From Heterodontus francisci (lineage: Eukaryota): a stretch of 64,000 nt of DNA. Location: contig NC_090393.1 in assembly GCF_036365525.1 (NCBI RefSeq), positions 26,940,190 to 27,004,189 on the forward strand. The letters run 5' to 3'. The translations under genes were made by a program, and so were the position numbers. Positions 14,136-25,699 of this stretch are shown piece by piece. The notes beneath the pieces were generated by a model that worked only from the letters and a program-made list of their open reading frames with translations, was not told the origin of the DNA and did no database searches. Numbering within the stretch: the stretch's first letter is position 1; each line of letters begins with the position of its first letter.

Positions 14136-14326
14136 GCTATAGAAGGTGAGGTTAATGTATGTTTCAAGGAATTGCTGGGTCCCAAACCAGGCCATCAGTT
14201 GCTGACAAATCAAATCCAGCGTTTATGCATGTGTCTAGATGTGTATCTGGAAACAGAGACTCATGATAACAGTGTGGAGGGGCCTAAGGAATTCCCACGA
14301 GAGAAGATGTGTCTGCGCCTTGTTAG
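14136..14326 (+). CDS. THOC5: THOC5 penultimate coding exon
   Basis: cag acceptor, gtaa donor; [63 protein letters not shown]; phase 0->2. Confidence 0.97.
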
Positions 14327-14419
14327 GTAATTTTTTTTGAAGTATCCTATGTGAAAGAATATCCTCTGACAGATATTCAGCTAGCACATCAGTTTAGAAC
14401 GTCATTCAAAAAAACTACC

Positions 14420-14800
14420 AATTTTCTCCCCATCTCTTATACAGTCATGACTTCCACTTAGAGCACAATATTACGAGTGCTTGTCAGCCTCTGTTACCAC
14501 ACCCAAGTGGCCAATATGTGCGAGCCCAAATCATCGCTGTCGACAGTCTGCTTAACCACTGGGTGCACCACAGCCAAGTTTATTTTTTGTCCTCTCCTGC
14601 ACCACCTGTACACGCTTCCAGTACGGTCATTGGATAACAGTCAGGAGCAGAAAACTTAGCTGATTCTTGCCTCCTTAACCCAGAGTCGCTGAGGGCAGTT
14701 CTAGCCTCTGACTGTTGCCGCAGCTGAGGTTAACTCACTCAGCACAGACTGAAGTTTCAATCTGCACCCTTCCTCGTCTGTATGGCTGATCAAATCACTG
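14420..14800 (-). mobile_element. Old tRNA-derived SINE
   Basis: similar to fragments at 21560-21700 and 39040-39350; degenerate B-box-like head. Confidence 0.5.
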
Positions 14801-15112
14801 TGTGAACTCAATAAACATAAATTAATGGTGTTACAAGAACAAGTCAGTATTGCAGTAGCTTGCAAAGCAACATTTAAATAACGTGACAGAATTTTTCATT
14901 GTATTTTGCACTTTTTTGTTGCACTTGGTGTAGAATACTGTTTGTTTTGCTGTAGCATATTTGTTTTCCTCATGTGTCATAGCTTGTTAAAATTAATGTG
15001 TTGCAGTGTATTTATGCAAAATTTGCAGTATCAAACCTGAGCCTTCAGGAAAAACTAAAGTGTTTGCTTATTGGATAAATGCTTCACAGGTGATACTAAA
15101 CAATATAGACAT

Positions 15113-15478
15113 TTATTAATTCATGGGATTTATTGTCCATCCTTAATTGTCTTAGAGAAGGTGGTGGTGAATACAATTGAGTGGCTTGCTAGGCAGTTTC
15201 TGAGGGCAGTTAAGAGTCAACCACATTGCTGTGGGTCAGGAGTCACATGTAGGCCAGACCGGATAAGAATAATAGATTTCCTTCCCTAAATGACATTAGT
15301 GAACCAGATGGGTTTTTATGGCATTCCAGTAATTTTGTGGTCACCGTTACTGATACTGGTTTTTTAATTCCAGATTTATTTTTAATAAATTGAACTTAAG
15401 TTCCCCAGCTGCTGTGGTGGGATTTGAACTCTTGTCTCCTGGATCATTAGTCCAGTGACATAGCCACTATGTTACCGT
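15113..15478 (-). mobile_element. tRNA-headed SINE carrying both the 5' region and the 3' tail of the Zenon-like LINE
   Basis: gagttcaaatccc B-box on - strand; body matches 28041-28146; tail matches the LINE 3' end. Confidence 0.75.
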
Positions 15479-15990
15479 AACCCTTGAAAGACCTAGATTT
15501 GACTTGCAGTCAAGTTTTGCTAATCTCAGCTGAAGAAATATTTAGGACTCAGTTGACCTCAGCCCCCTGGGCTCGTGAGGTAAACATGTGTTTCCACTCC
15601 TCATGAGTAAGTATTGACGACTGCTGCAAGGTACATGGGGGACAGGCTTTGCTGTGATGTTCTCCACTATTAAATAATCTTCCGGCGCATGTTCTAAGAT
15701 CACATAAGAAATAATGTGGCCACTTGAATGAGGAAACAGATGACTGTCGCAAACCTTGGATCTTCAGAAAAAAGGGGGAAAGATTGAAGAGGCGGGAAGA
15801 AAGAAAAGCCTTTAGGAATACCAAAAGCATTTAATCGTTCGTGAAGGATGGAGAAGCGCTGTAATGTGGAAGCGATTATGTTTAATTTATCCATTTTACT
15901 TCAAACTGAATCTATTTTTGTCAGTTGCTGTAATCCCAAGTGCTCTGAAACCCTCATGTTTTGACTCTTTCCTTCTTTTCCCCCTTTTAG

Positions 15991-16054
15991 AGGTCCTAAT
16001 CGAATCAAGCCTTTCAGATATAATCATCCACAGGGATTCTTCACACACCGGTGA
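15991..16054 (+). CDS. THOC5: THOC5 terminal coding exon
   Basis: long pyrimidine tract + tag acceptor; (R)GPNRIKPFRYNHPQGFFTHR* with TGA at 16052-16054, the conserved THOC5 C-terminus. Confidence 0.97.
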
Positions 16055-16071
16055 ATCAGCAGCAGTAATTG

Positions 16072-16077
16072 AATAAA
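16072..16077 (+). promoter_or_regulatory. Candidate proximal polyadenylation signal of THOC5
   Basis: AATAAA 17 nt after the stop codon, followed by GT-rich sequence. Confidence 0.45.
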
Positions 16078-16213
16078 GCCTCTGCATGTGGTAGTCTGGT
16101 GCACCTGTTAACTGTTTGATGGATCTTTCACAGCAATTTGGGTTAGAATTTAGATGTGGAAGAAAGAAAACTACAAGCATCAGTATTGCAGCTCTGGGGT
16201 TTGTTCATTGGTG

Positions 16214-16219
16214 AATAAA
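16214..16219 (+). promoter_or_regulatory. Candidate distal polyadenylation signal of THOC5
   Basis: AATAAA followed by U/GU-rich downstream element (tttttgttgcgggatctgttttttgtc). Confidence 0.55.
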
Positions 16220-17124
16220 ATTAAGTATACCATATTTTGTTGCGGGATCTGTTTTTTGTCTCCCAAGATTGAATATATTTGCAACTTAATTTTGGTATGT
16301 GCTATTTTTGAGGATATGTTGGTATTTGTTATACAATATCTGTTTCAATTGTCATTGAAACTGAATTCAAGTCAACATGTTTGAGTCTAAATTGCAAATA
16401 ACTGTTTGAACTGATTTTTTAATGTGGACTTTTATCATTGAAGAGTAAAGGTCTGTATAGCTTGGTCACATGACTAGCAACAAACCAGTTAGTATTTGTA
16501 TTGTAATTTAGAGCTGAAGAGTTTTAGTAAAATGATTATATTCCCCACTATTGAGTGCAGTGAGAAAATTATTTTAATAGTGTACTTGGATTTAAAGCAG
16601 TCTCATTTGTTTCAAAATGACAGTTAAACTCTGCTCAGAATTAAAGCTCATATGCTGTGTATATTATAGAACTGCAATGTTATGAACTAAAATCACACAC
16701 TCCATGGATTTAAAATCTTCATTTGCAGACTGAAAACCAATTTATTTAAGAAAAGACAAAAATTGTCTTCAGGAATCATTAATGCAGTAACTTTATTTCC
16801 AATGTGGATGTAGGTTAATTTTCATTTGTTCAGGTTGCTCTTTTCTATCCCACTTGGTATTTTGTAGGTCAAATCATATAATACTTTTCACTTCTGGAAA
16901 GAGACAAAGTTTTTCTAACTTTTCTTGAACACTCTCTGACACTACCAATCAACTTTGCACTTCCCCTGCTCCAAAGAACTGATCACAAATAAGAAAGAAA
17001 ATGGAAATACTGAAAGCCTGAAATATAAACAAATACAGGAAGTACACAATAGGCCCATGGGCATCTGAGAAGAAAAGACAAGTTAACATTGTGGGTGTAG
17101 ACCCTGTAGGAATGGCCAAAAGAA

Positions 17125-17490
17125 ACAACTTGCCCTTGTATATCCCCTTTCACATCCTCAGAACATCCCAAAGCACTTCACAGCCAATGAAATACTCTTA
17201 AAAGTGCAGTCACTGTTGTAGGACAAAGCAGCAGCACGGTCCTACAAATAGCAATGAAATACAAGAACCAATAATCATCTTTAGTGATGCTGGTAATTAT
17301 TTACTAGCACGCTGAGAAAACTCTGGTCTTCAAATCGTGTCATTTGATATTTTATATTCATCTGAGAGGGCAGACGGGGACTTGGTTAATCTGTCATCTA
17401 AAAGATAACATCTCTGGCAGTGCAGCACTCCCTCCGTACTCCAGTGTAGTGTCAGCCCAGGATATGTGCTGAAGTCTCTGGAATGGGGCA
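17125..17490 (-). mobile_element. SacSINE1-like DeuSINE
   Basis: Deu-domain-like text (gcagtgcagcactccctccgtactccagtg; catctgagagggcagacgggg) and L2-type tail. Confidence 0.7.
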
Positions 17491-19077
17491 AGATAGACAA
17501 GTGCTTTGTAGGGGTACACAAAATGAAAAAAGCAAAGGGACAAGACTCAAGACTGTTGACTTCTGTCACAGGGAAACGGCAAACATGATTTTTTTTTTTA
17601 AACCTGGAATGACGTACAAAGACGGCAGTGAGGCAATGAAATGTGTTAACAACATATGAAAATGATGGATGGAAAAGGCCTACTGGTCCATCAGGCTCTT
17701 CTATATAGCTATGATGCCTTTTGCATCATAATACATACATTTCCCAATAAAAGAGCTAAGTGAGGTGAAAAGACAGGGAGATGATGTAAAAGAAAATAGC
17801 GCCAAAATGGAGGGGAAAGGGAGAAAAGGACAAAAATGGGGGAAGTAGCTAACTCCCAAAGTTGCAAAAATCAAAACTGAAACAGCCATAGGTGGTTGTG
17901 ATCACTTTTCCCTTTCTCGCCCAACTCTCATTGTTTTAGTCATCTCTGTAAAGGTACATCTTTGAACTTTCACATCTGCCACTGTCATTGACTCCTCAGC
18001 ACAGAATATTATCAGGTTTCTATAATTAGTCACCTGTTATCTGCAAACTTGGTTCAATGAATGTCTTTGTATAACCTACCTTTTAGTCTTTTCCAAGGAT
18101 TTTGCGATATCATTTTATTCTGGCGTATTCGATGAGACAAACACCAGAAATCTGTGTTACTGTTTCTAATAAGTTTGTATGGTGTGTGGTCTGCCATGGC
18201 TGTTGTTGCATGGACAAGGTAAATATTGACTTAACAGTGTTTTAACTGGCGTTAAAGCTAAAACTGCTCAGAATTGTATTGTTTAAGAAGCATGGTTGGC
18301 CATAGGCTTGGTGTAATCATTTCATACATTTATGCTTTTTGATTTTGTTGAAGTTCCATCCCTTGTGTTGTCTTCTCACAAATAATTTCATCAGTATAAG
18401 CTGCAACAGCTCGATTCTCCCAGATCTCTAAGTCTTGCGATGTCTTCATTCTTAGTCCTCTGACTGAAAGATTGTTTCATTACATCTGGCAACTTCTCTA
18501 AATCTGTAAGTTTCCAAATAATGGCAATGGGAATTTAGCTCTAGCTTAGGCAGATATAAGTGTTGTTTATCTTTCAACCCCTTTCTTGACTAGTCCACTT
18601 TGTAGCACCTTGCACTTTATTGAAATACATCTACTATAGTTCTGTCCACTTGCAGATTTGTTTATAAGCCCCACGTCAATGCTCTTATTGCCCATCCAAA
18701 TTTGGTATTATTTACAAATTTGACCAACTTTCGTTGTGTTTCTGAATCCTGATAATTTATTTAGATTAGAAACAGTATTAGTCCCTATGCAATTCCACTC
18801 AATATATCTCCACAGTCCAACATCATTGCCTTAACTCGTACCTCTGCTTCACCTCTGTTAATTCTTTAACCACCTCCAAGTCTTAGGTAGAAAATTCAAT
18901 GCCTTGTAGAACTTTCTCAAAGGCTTTCTAGCTGCACTGCATTGTAGAACTTTACAGTGTCTTTGAGATGCTACTCGGGGGGGTGGGGGGGGGCACGGAG
19001 GGGGGCAGAAAGGTAGTTGGTGAAGTAGCAGCTGCATTGTGTAAAACTAAAAGCTGCCGCTTACTAGGTTCATAGGG

Positions 19078-19526
19078 TCATAAGAACTAGGAGCAAGAGT
19101 AGGCAATTCAGCCCCTTGAGCCTGCTCCGCCATTCAATGCGATCATGGCTGATCTCATTTCGGCCTCAACTCTACTTTCCTTCCTGTTCTCCATAACCCT
19201 TTACTAATTAAAAATCTGTCTGAGTCCTCAAATTTACTCAATGTCCCAGCATCCACCGCACTCTGGGATAGTGAATTCCACAGACTCACGACCCTTTGAG
19301 AGAAGTAATTTCTCCTCATCTCTGTTTTAAATCTGCTACCCCTTATCCTAAAACTATGACCTAGATTGCCCCACAAGAGGAAACATCCTCTCTACGTCTA
19401 CTTTGTCAAACCCCTTAATCATCTTATGTACCTCGATTAGATCTCTCATTCTTCTAAACTCTAGAGAGTAAAGGCCTAAACTGCTCAATCTCTCTTCATA
19501 AGGCAAACCCCTCATCCCTGGAATCA
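19078..19526 (-). mobile_element. CR1 LINE 3' fragment
   Basis: MIPGMRGLPYEERL...RVVSLWNSL; closely similar to the 3' end at 39353-39830. Confidence 0.88.
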
Positions 19527-20047
19527 TTTTTATGTAGGTAACCCTCAAGTTTGTTCCTAATTAGTTCCAATATTTTGCTCATTAACTGATATAAGAGTAA
19601 TGTAGTTACTTTAAAAATTCTGTATAATGTTATACCAAGTTTGTAGTTGTTCCTGCCCATGAAAAACTTGTAACTTAGCTTGAAGTCATATTCTGTCATG
19701 ACTGTTTCAAAACAATTCAACCACAAACGTTGATCATGTCCAGATTTGTACAAACTTTTTTTTTTACTTCTGTCACTTTTTTTTTAATACAGTCTGCTTT
19801 CATCAATCATTCAGTTGTACTTGACCTGGTAAAGGCCTCCTTTGCAAGTGATGCCAAAGTTGTAAGTTTAGTATCGCCGCTGAACACTTTTGGAAGTACT
19901 TTGATATGTTAACTATTTTTAATCCATCCTCAGTTTCAACCCTGTTTGCATCATCATGGCATCTTAATTTTCTTTTGCTAACTTTTCAACTGTTAATATT
20001 GGAATAATAAATTTCTAAAATCAGCTAACCCACTGCAAGAAATAGGG

Positions 20048-20142
20048 ATAAAAACAATAAATGCTGGAAATACTTAGGTCTGGCAGCATCTGTGGAGAGA
20101 AAAGCAGAGTTAACGTTTCAGGCCAGTGACCCTTCATCAGAA
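20048..20142 (-). mobile_element. 95-bp Penelope-derived unit (solo pLTR) containing a minimal hammerhead
   Basis: 12-bp TSD caagaaataggg at 20036-20047 and 20143-20154; matches the terminus of the Penelope element at 30734. Confidence 0.8.
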
Positions 20143-20143
20143 C
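20108..20143 (-). ncRNA. Minimal type I hammerhead ribozyme motif
   Basis: GUU CUGAUGA AGGGUCACUGGCCU GAAAC GUU/AACU: intact core, stem II, palindromic ACGU stem III. Confidence 0.7.
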
Positions 20144-20179
20144 AAGAAATAGGGTCCTGCTGCAAATAAGCAATAATAT

Positions 20180-21451
20180 GTGGAGGCATATGAGATACTT
20201 GCCTTTATTAACCGAGGCTTAGAATATAAGAGCAGGGAGGTTATGATGGAGCTGTACAAAATGCTAGTTAGGCCACAGCTGGAGTACTGTGTACAGTTCT
20301 GGTCGCCACACTATATGAAGGATGTGATTGTATTGGAGGAAGTGCAGAGGCGATTCACCAGGATGTTGCCTGGGCTGGAGCATTTCAGCTATGAAGAGAG
20401 ACTGAAAAGGCTAGGGTTGTTTTACTTAGAGCAGTGAAGGCTCAGGGGGGACCTGATTTTTTTTTTATTCCTTCATGGGATGTGGGCATGGCTGGCCAGG
20501 CCAGCATTTATTGCCCATCCGTAATTGCCCTTGAGAAGGTGGTGGTGAGCTGCCTTCTTGAACCGCTGCAGTCCATGTGGGGTAGGTACACCCACAGTGC
20601 TGTTAGGAAGGGAGTTCCAGGATTTTGACTCAGCGACAGTGAAGGAACGGCGATATGGTTCCAAGTCAGGATGGTGTGTAACTTGGAGGGGAACTTTCAG
20701 GTGATGGTGTTCCCATGCATTTGCTGCCCTTGTCCTTCTAGTTGGTAGAGGTCGCGGGTTTGGAAGGTGCTGTCTAAGGAGCCTTGGTGCGTTGCTGTAG
20801 TGCATCTTGTAGATGGTACACACTGCTGCCACTGTGTGTCGGTGGTGGAGGAAGTGAATATTTGTAGATGGGGTGCCAATCAAGCAGGCTGCTTTGTCCT
20901 GGATGGTGTCGTGTTTCTTGAGTGTTGTTGGAGCTGCATCCATGCAGGCAAGTGGAGAGTATTCCATCACACTCCTGACTTGTGCCTTGTAGATGGTGGA
21001 CAGGCTTTGGGGAGTCAGGAGGTGAGCTACTCGCCACAGAATTCCTAACCTCTGACCTGCTCTTGTAGCCACGGTATTTATATGGCTACTCCAATTCAGT
21101 TTCTGAAAAATTATGAAGGGCATAAATAGGAAGAAACTTTTTCCCTTAGCGGAGGGCTCAATAACCAGGAGGCATAGATTTACGGTAAAGGGCAGGAGGT
21201 TTAGAGGGGATTTGAGGGAAAAAAATTCACCCAGAGGGTGGTTGGAATCTGGAACTGCCTGAAGGGGTGGTAGAGGCAGGAACCCTCACAACATTTCAGA
21301 AGTATCTAAATGAGCACTTGAAATGCCATAGCATACAAGGCTACTGGCCAAGTGCTGGAAAATGGGATTAGAATAGATAGGTGCTTGATAGTCAGCATGG
21401 ACACGATGGGCCGAAGGCCTGTTTCTGTGCTGTATAACTCTATGACTCTAT
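20180..21451 (+). mobile_element. CR1 (HER1-like) LINE 3' part, interrupted at ~20457-21105
   Basis: AYEILAFINRGLEYKSREVMMELYKMLVRPQLEYCVQFW; (actctatg)n tail. Confidence 0.88.
20457..21105 (-). mobile_element. Zenon/T1-like CR1-group LINE 3' fragment nested in a CR1
   Basis: open frame KLNWSSHINTVATRAGQRLGIL...VMEYSPL; A-rich end. Confidence 0.85.
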
Positions 21452-22068
21452 GTTGCTTTTGTGTTTTTAGCCCATGGACCTGCAAAATAGTCCAGTCCCA
21501 TAGCAGCAGTGGGAGATGCAATAAAGTCCTGTATGCATAGTCAAGAAAGGGTATTCAACTGATTTTTTTTCTTCCTTTGTCTAGGAACACCGAGTTCAAG
21601 TGTATTCTCACTACCCCAGGTAAGGACGGCTAATTTAACACAAACCTGGCACTCAAACCTTGGTCCATATAACTTAATGCTACACCCTGTGCTATATTTA
21701 CCCACTGAAATGATTCTTTTTGCTGGGATCCTCTGGTGGCTTTTTTTAAAGATAGGTTTGTACAAATGTGGACATGATCAACATTTGTGGTTGAATTGTT
21801 TTTAATCAGTCATGACAAAATATGACATACAGCGCCTTCAAGCTAAGTTAAAAGTTTTTCATGGACAGCAATAACTACAAACGTGGTATAACATTAAACA
21901 GAGCTTTTATTTATCAATCATATCAATATTAAAGTTTCCTCTCTGACATGCATTCTAATTAATGCAGTGCTATTAGCCATACTGTGTCAGGCACGCATAC
22001 ATAAAAAGGGTAATAACAGGTTTGGTGTAAACTTTATAATCCACCAAAACAAGGCTCAATGAATGTTT

Positions 22069-22546
22069 AATAATAAAAACAAGAAATGTTGGAAATACTC
22101 AGCAGGTCTGGCAGCATCTGTGGAGAGAGAAGCAGAGTTAACGTTTCAGGTCAGTGACCCTTCATCAGAACTGGCAAATGTTAGAAATGTAATAGGTTTT
22201 AAGTAAATAGAGTGGGGGTGGGGCAAGAGATAACAAAAGGCAAGGTGTTGATAGTACACAGGGTCACAGAGAATAACTGACCAGAAGGTCATAGAGCACA
22301 GTTATTCTCAGTGACTCTGTCCTATCAACACCTTGCCTTTTGTTATCTCTTCCCCACCACCCTGCCCACTTTATTTACTTAAAACCTACTACATTTCTAT
22401 CATTTCTACCAGTTCTAATGAAGGATCACTGACTTGAAACATTAACTCTGCTTCTCTCTCCACAGCTGCTGCCAGACCTGTTGAGTATTTCCAGCATTTC
22501 TTGTTTTTGTTTCAGATTTCCAGCATCTGCAGTATTTTGCTTTTAT
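22069..22546. mobile_element. Palindromic Penelope-derived element (inverted pLTRs)
   Basis: ~200-bp imperfect inverted arms around a 19-nt loop (22280-22298); ~38-nt extra tail on the right arm; 14-bp TSD ctca(a/g)tgaatgttt at 22055-22068 and 22547-22560. Confidence 0.85.
22136..22172 (-). ncRNA. Minimal type I hammerhead ribozyme motif
   Basis: AGUU CUGAUGA AGGGUCACUGACCU GAAAC GUU/AACU; stem I AGUU/AACU; the mirror copy at 22411-22447 has a mutated core (CUAAUGA). Confidence 0.75.
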
Positions 22547-22626
22547 CTCAGTGAATGTTTCTGTTAGTCTGTCATGTTAGATCAGTCTATATGCAATTTT
22601 CAGGGATGGAGCTACAATGAGCAGGG

Positions 22627-23519
22627 AGTCATGCTAGGCCTCCACCTGCCAAGAATGAGGCACATTAATTTTGTCATGAACATTAATTTTAAACTGTTAC
22701 TGGAGTGAAGAAAGGGCTTGTTAAGTAGATCAGCCATGGCTGGAAAAGACATTTGCATATTAACAGACAGTGTTTGGAAGGACAAAGCAGCCATTCCCTG
22801 ACACATTCAACCCACAATGGACCTTGATCACCAGGCGTTGAAAGTGGGGGAGCTCATATTCCAGGTTGACTGCTAAGATGGCCAAATACACAAATGGACA
22901 TGGTCAAACCAGCTAGTCACATGACTAACCTGCTGGACAATCTGAGTTTTTTGAATTTGTACAAACAGTGTGGGCAGAAAGTCTGTTTGCTCCTGGACTG
23001 AGAAGATCTCTCTCCTGTCCGCTCCCATCTCTTTCTCACAAACTTCATGAAGACACATGAACCCCAAGAGAGAAAAGACTCCTACAGCGACCAAGGTTTA
23101 AGAAGAATACTGGGCCCCAACGAAAAGCGAGATCTACTAACAATCAAGAACTCTACAGTGAGCTCAAAGAACGGTAACAATAACTTCAGATATTGCCTCA
23201 AACCTTTTCCACTTTATTTCTTCTGTTCTCTTTCTGTCTCTATCTGCATGTGTGTATCGTGTGTGCATGCTAGCATGAGCGTGTCATGTATCCATAGGCG
23301 TTAACCAAATTAGAGTTTTAAGTTTAAATAAATTTCAACTTTTCTTTAAACCTAAGAAACCCTCTATGTGCTGGTTTCTTTTCCTTATAATTGGAAAGCG
23401 GTAAACAAGGATTCACCAAGGGGGAGCTGAAAACACTGTGTTTAAAATTAAACCGTTACAGTAAGACCAGGTGAAGGCTGAGAGGGAACCCTAGACCTCT
23501 TTCTCACCTGGTCATAACA
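22627..23519 (+). mobile_element. Solo LTR (Gypsy-like)
   Basis: colinear and highly similar to 56374-57279; ends cacctggtcataaca; internal AATAAA. Confidence 0.78.
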
Positions 23520-24008
23520 CGAGCTATAGCCAATTTCTTTCTGCTAGTGTCAGCATTAATAACAGCACTGATGTACATCCAAGCAGTCTATCACTAAATG
23601 TTATTCTTTGAAATCAAGCAAAACAAAAACTTGATACAGTAAAATGTTTACATCAACTCCATAACACTTAACATCTTTTTTGAGACTTTGTGATGTAACC
23701 TGACAGTTAAACAGATGTGAATATGTTCTATTGCCCAATGGTTTATGCCATAATTAAGAATTGACTGATTAGTAGACTAGCATTATCAATGTACCAGCTG
23801 AGGACAATCAATCCTTTTCAGACCATGTGTTTGGTATAATTTAATTCATCAAGCTGTAAAATGTGGATGAATAAATCAGTGAGTATCTTTTCACAATGAA
23901 AGACTGGAAGCCACCTTTAACTACTCCTGGAGTGCAACCAGTACATTGTGCAACAAACAGGTAAAAAGGTCTTTTAATTAGTGTCTTCAAATTTAATCCA
24001 TTTGACCC

Positions 24009-24620
24009 TTCTTCTTCTTTGGCCTCCTTGTCTCAAGAGACAATGGGTAAGCGCCTGGAGGTGGTCAGTGGTTTGTGGAGCAGTGCCTGGAGTGGCTATA
24101 AAGGCCAATACTAGAGTGACAGACTCTTCCACAGGCGCTGCAGATAAAATTGGTTGTCGGGGCTGTTACACAGTTGGCTCTCCCCTTGCGCTTCTGTCTT
24201 TTTTCCTGCCAACTGCTAAGTCTCTTCGATTCGCCACACTTTAGCCCCGCCTTTACGGCTGCCCGCCAGCTCTGGCGATCACTGGCAACTGACTCCCACG
24301 ACTTGTGATCAATGTCACAGGACTTCATGTCGCGTTTGCAGACGTCTTTAAAGCAGAGACATGGATGGCCATGATACCAGTGATGAGCTCGCTGTACAAT
24401 GTGTCCTTGGGGATCCTGCCATCTTCCATGCGGCTCACATGGCCAAGCCATCTCAAGCGCTGCTGACTCAGTAGTGTGTATAAGCTGGGGATGTTGGCCG
24501 CCTCGAGGACTTCTGTGTTGGAGATACGGTCCTGCCACCTGATGCCAAGGATTTTCCAGAAGCAGCGAAGATGGAATGAATTGAGACGTCGCTCTTGGCT
24601 GACATACGTTGTCCAGGCCT
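24009..24620 (-). mobile_element. 5'-truncated RTE-clade LINE (AviRTE-like), older subfamily
   Basis: EAWTTYVSQERRLNSFHLRC...CGRVCHSSIGLYSH; (GAA)n tail; 10-bp TSD catttgaccc at 23999-24008 and 24621-24630. Confidence 0.92.
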
Positions 24621-25289
24621 CATTTGACCCATGCAAGACACAAATCATAGAATACAGAGGGGATAGAATGTAGTGGCATTATATTGCTTTATAAGGCCCC
24701 TAAATACATAACTTTAGATTAAAAGAAATTTTGTGAACTTTCAGTGATGTTGAAATTAAAATTGTTTCTTAAAATGATGAGAGTAAGCTGGGTGTCCTAT
24801 TTGGTAGACACTACTGTGATACTTTGTGTCAAAGTCAAGAAAATATCATTCTTACAAATAGATTAAGAAGAGCATGCAAAACATTGTGTTCTCACAACAA
24901 CCCGGTTAGCAAGAGTTTTGGTAGAATTAGATGAGTGGTTAATTTGATGTAGAAAGATTTTACAGAATAACGCTGGAACCATCTGGTAAATCATGGAAGC
25001 AGAGGACAGTTTTACATCACAATGTAATAATTTTTGTTTACTTTGCGACATAATCTAATTAGGTGCACATTTAATTTTGGCATAAATTGACCAAGAAAAT
25101 CGGCATACAAATGTAGAAAAGTTCAAAAATATACTGCTGCAAGAAATTGTACCCCTTGTTTTGGATCTCCTTAATTTGTTTCTTTGCTGTTTTTGACTAT
25201 TGAAGAATGTCAACAAGTATGAAAATTTAGTGCCCCCCCTTTACCAAGTAAACTTTGCCAACCTCATGGTTTTGTTAGCAGACTAGTAA

Positions 25290-25695
25290 TGCAGAGCGGT
25301 GGAGGGAGAGGGAGAGTTGGAAAAGAACCAAAGGGAAGGTCTTTGATAAGGTGGAAGACAGGAGAGATTAAATGACAAAAGGGTTGGTGGTGCAAGGTCA
25401 AAGGAAACAAAAACAACTAGAGGAGGTGTGAATGGCAGAAGGATGAACAGCTGCTGCCTGAAAGCAAAGAAAGAGGCAAAACAAGACAGTAAAACCAAAA
25501 CCTGCAAAGATAAAGGAAACAAATGGGGGCAGAAGTTACAGTCTGAAATTGTTGAACTCAATGTTGAGTTTGGAAGGCTGTTAAGTGCCAAAAGTTGAGA
25601 TGCTGTTCCTCAAGCTTGCGTTGAGCTACATTGGAAAACTGCATTAGGCCAAGGCCACAGAGGTGAGATCAAGGTGGAGAATTAAAATGACAGGC
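25290..25695 (-). mobile_element. Penelope-like element fragment
   Basis: similar to 30870-31255 of the GIY-YIG-bearing copy. Confidence 0.65.
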
Positions 25696-25699
25696 CTAT

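Noticed and set aside
16985-17115. Very old Penelope pLTR-like remnant
   Set aside because: Too degraded; hammerhead core not recognisable and no TSD.
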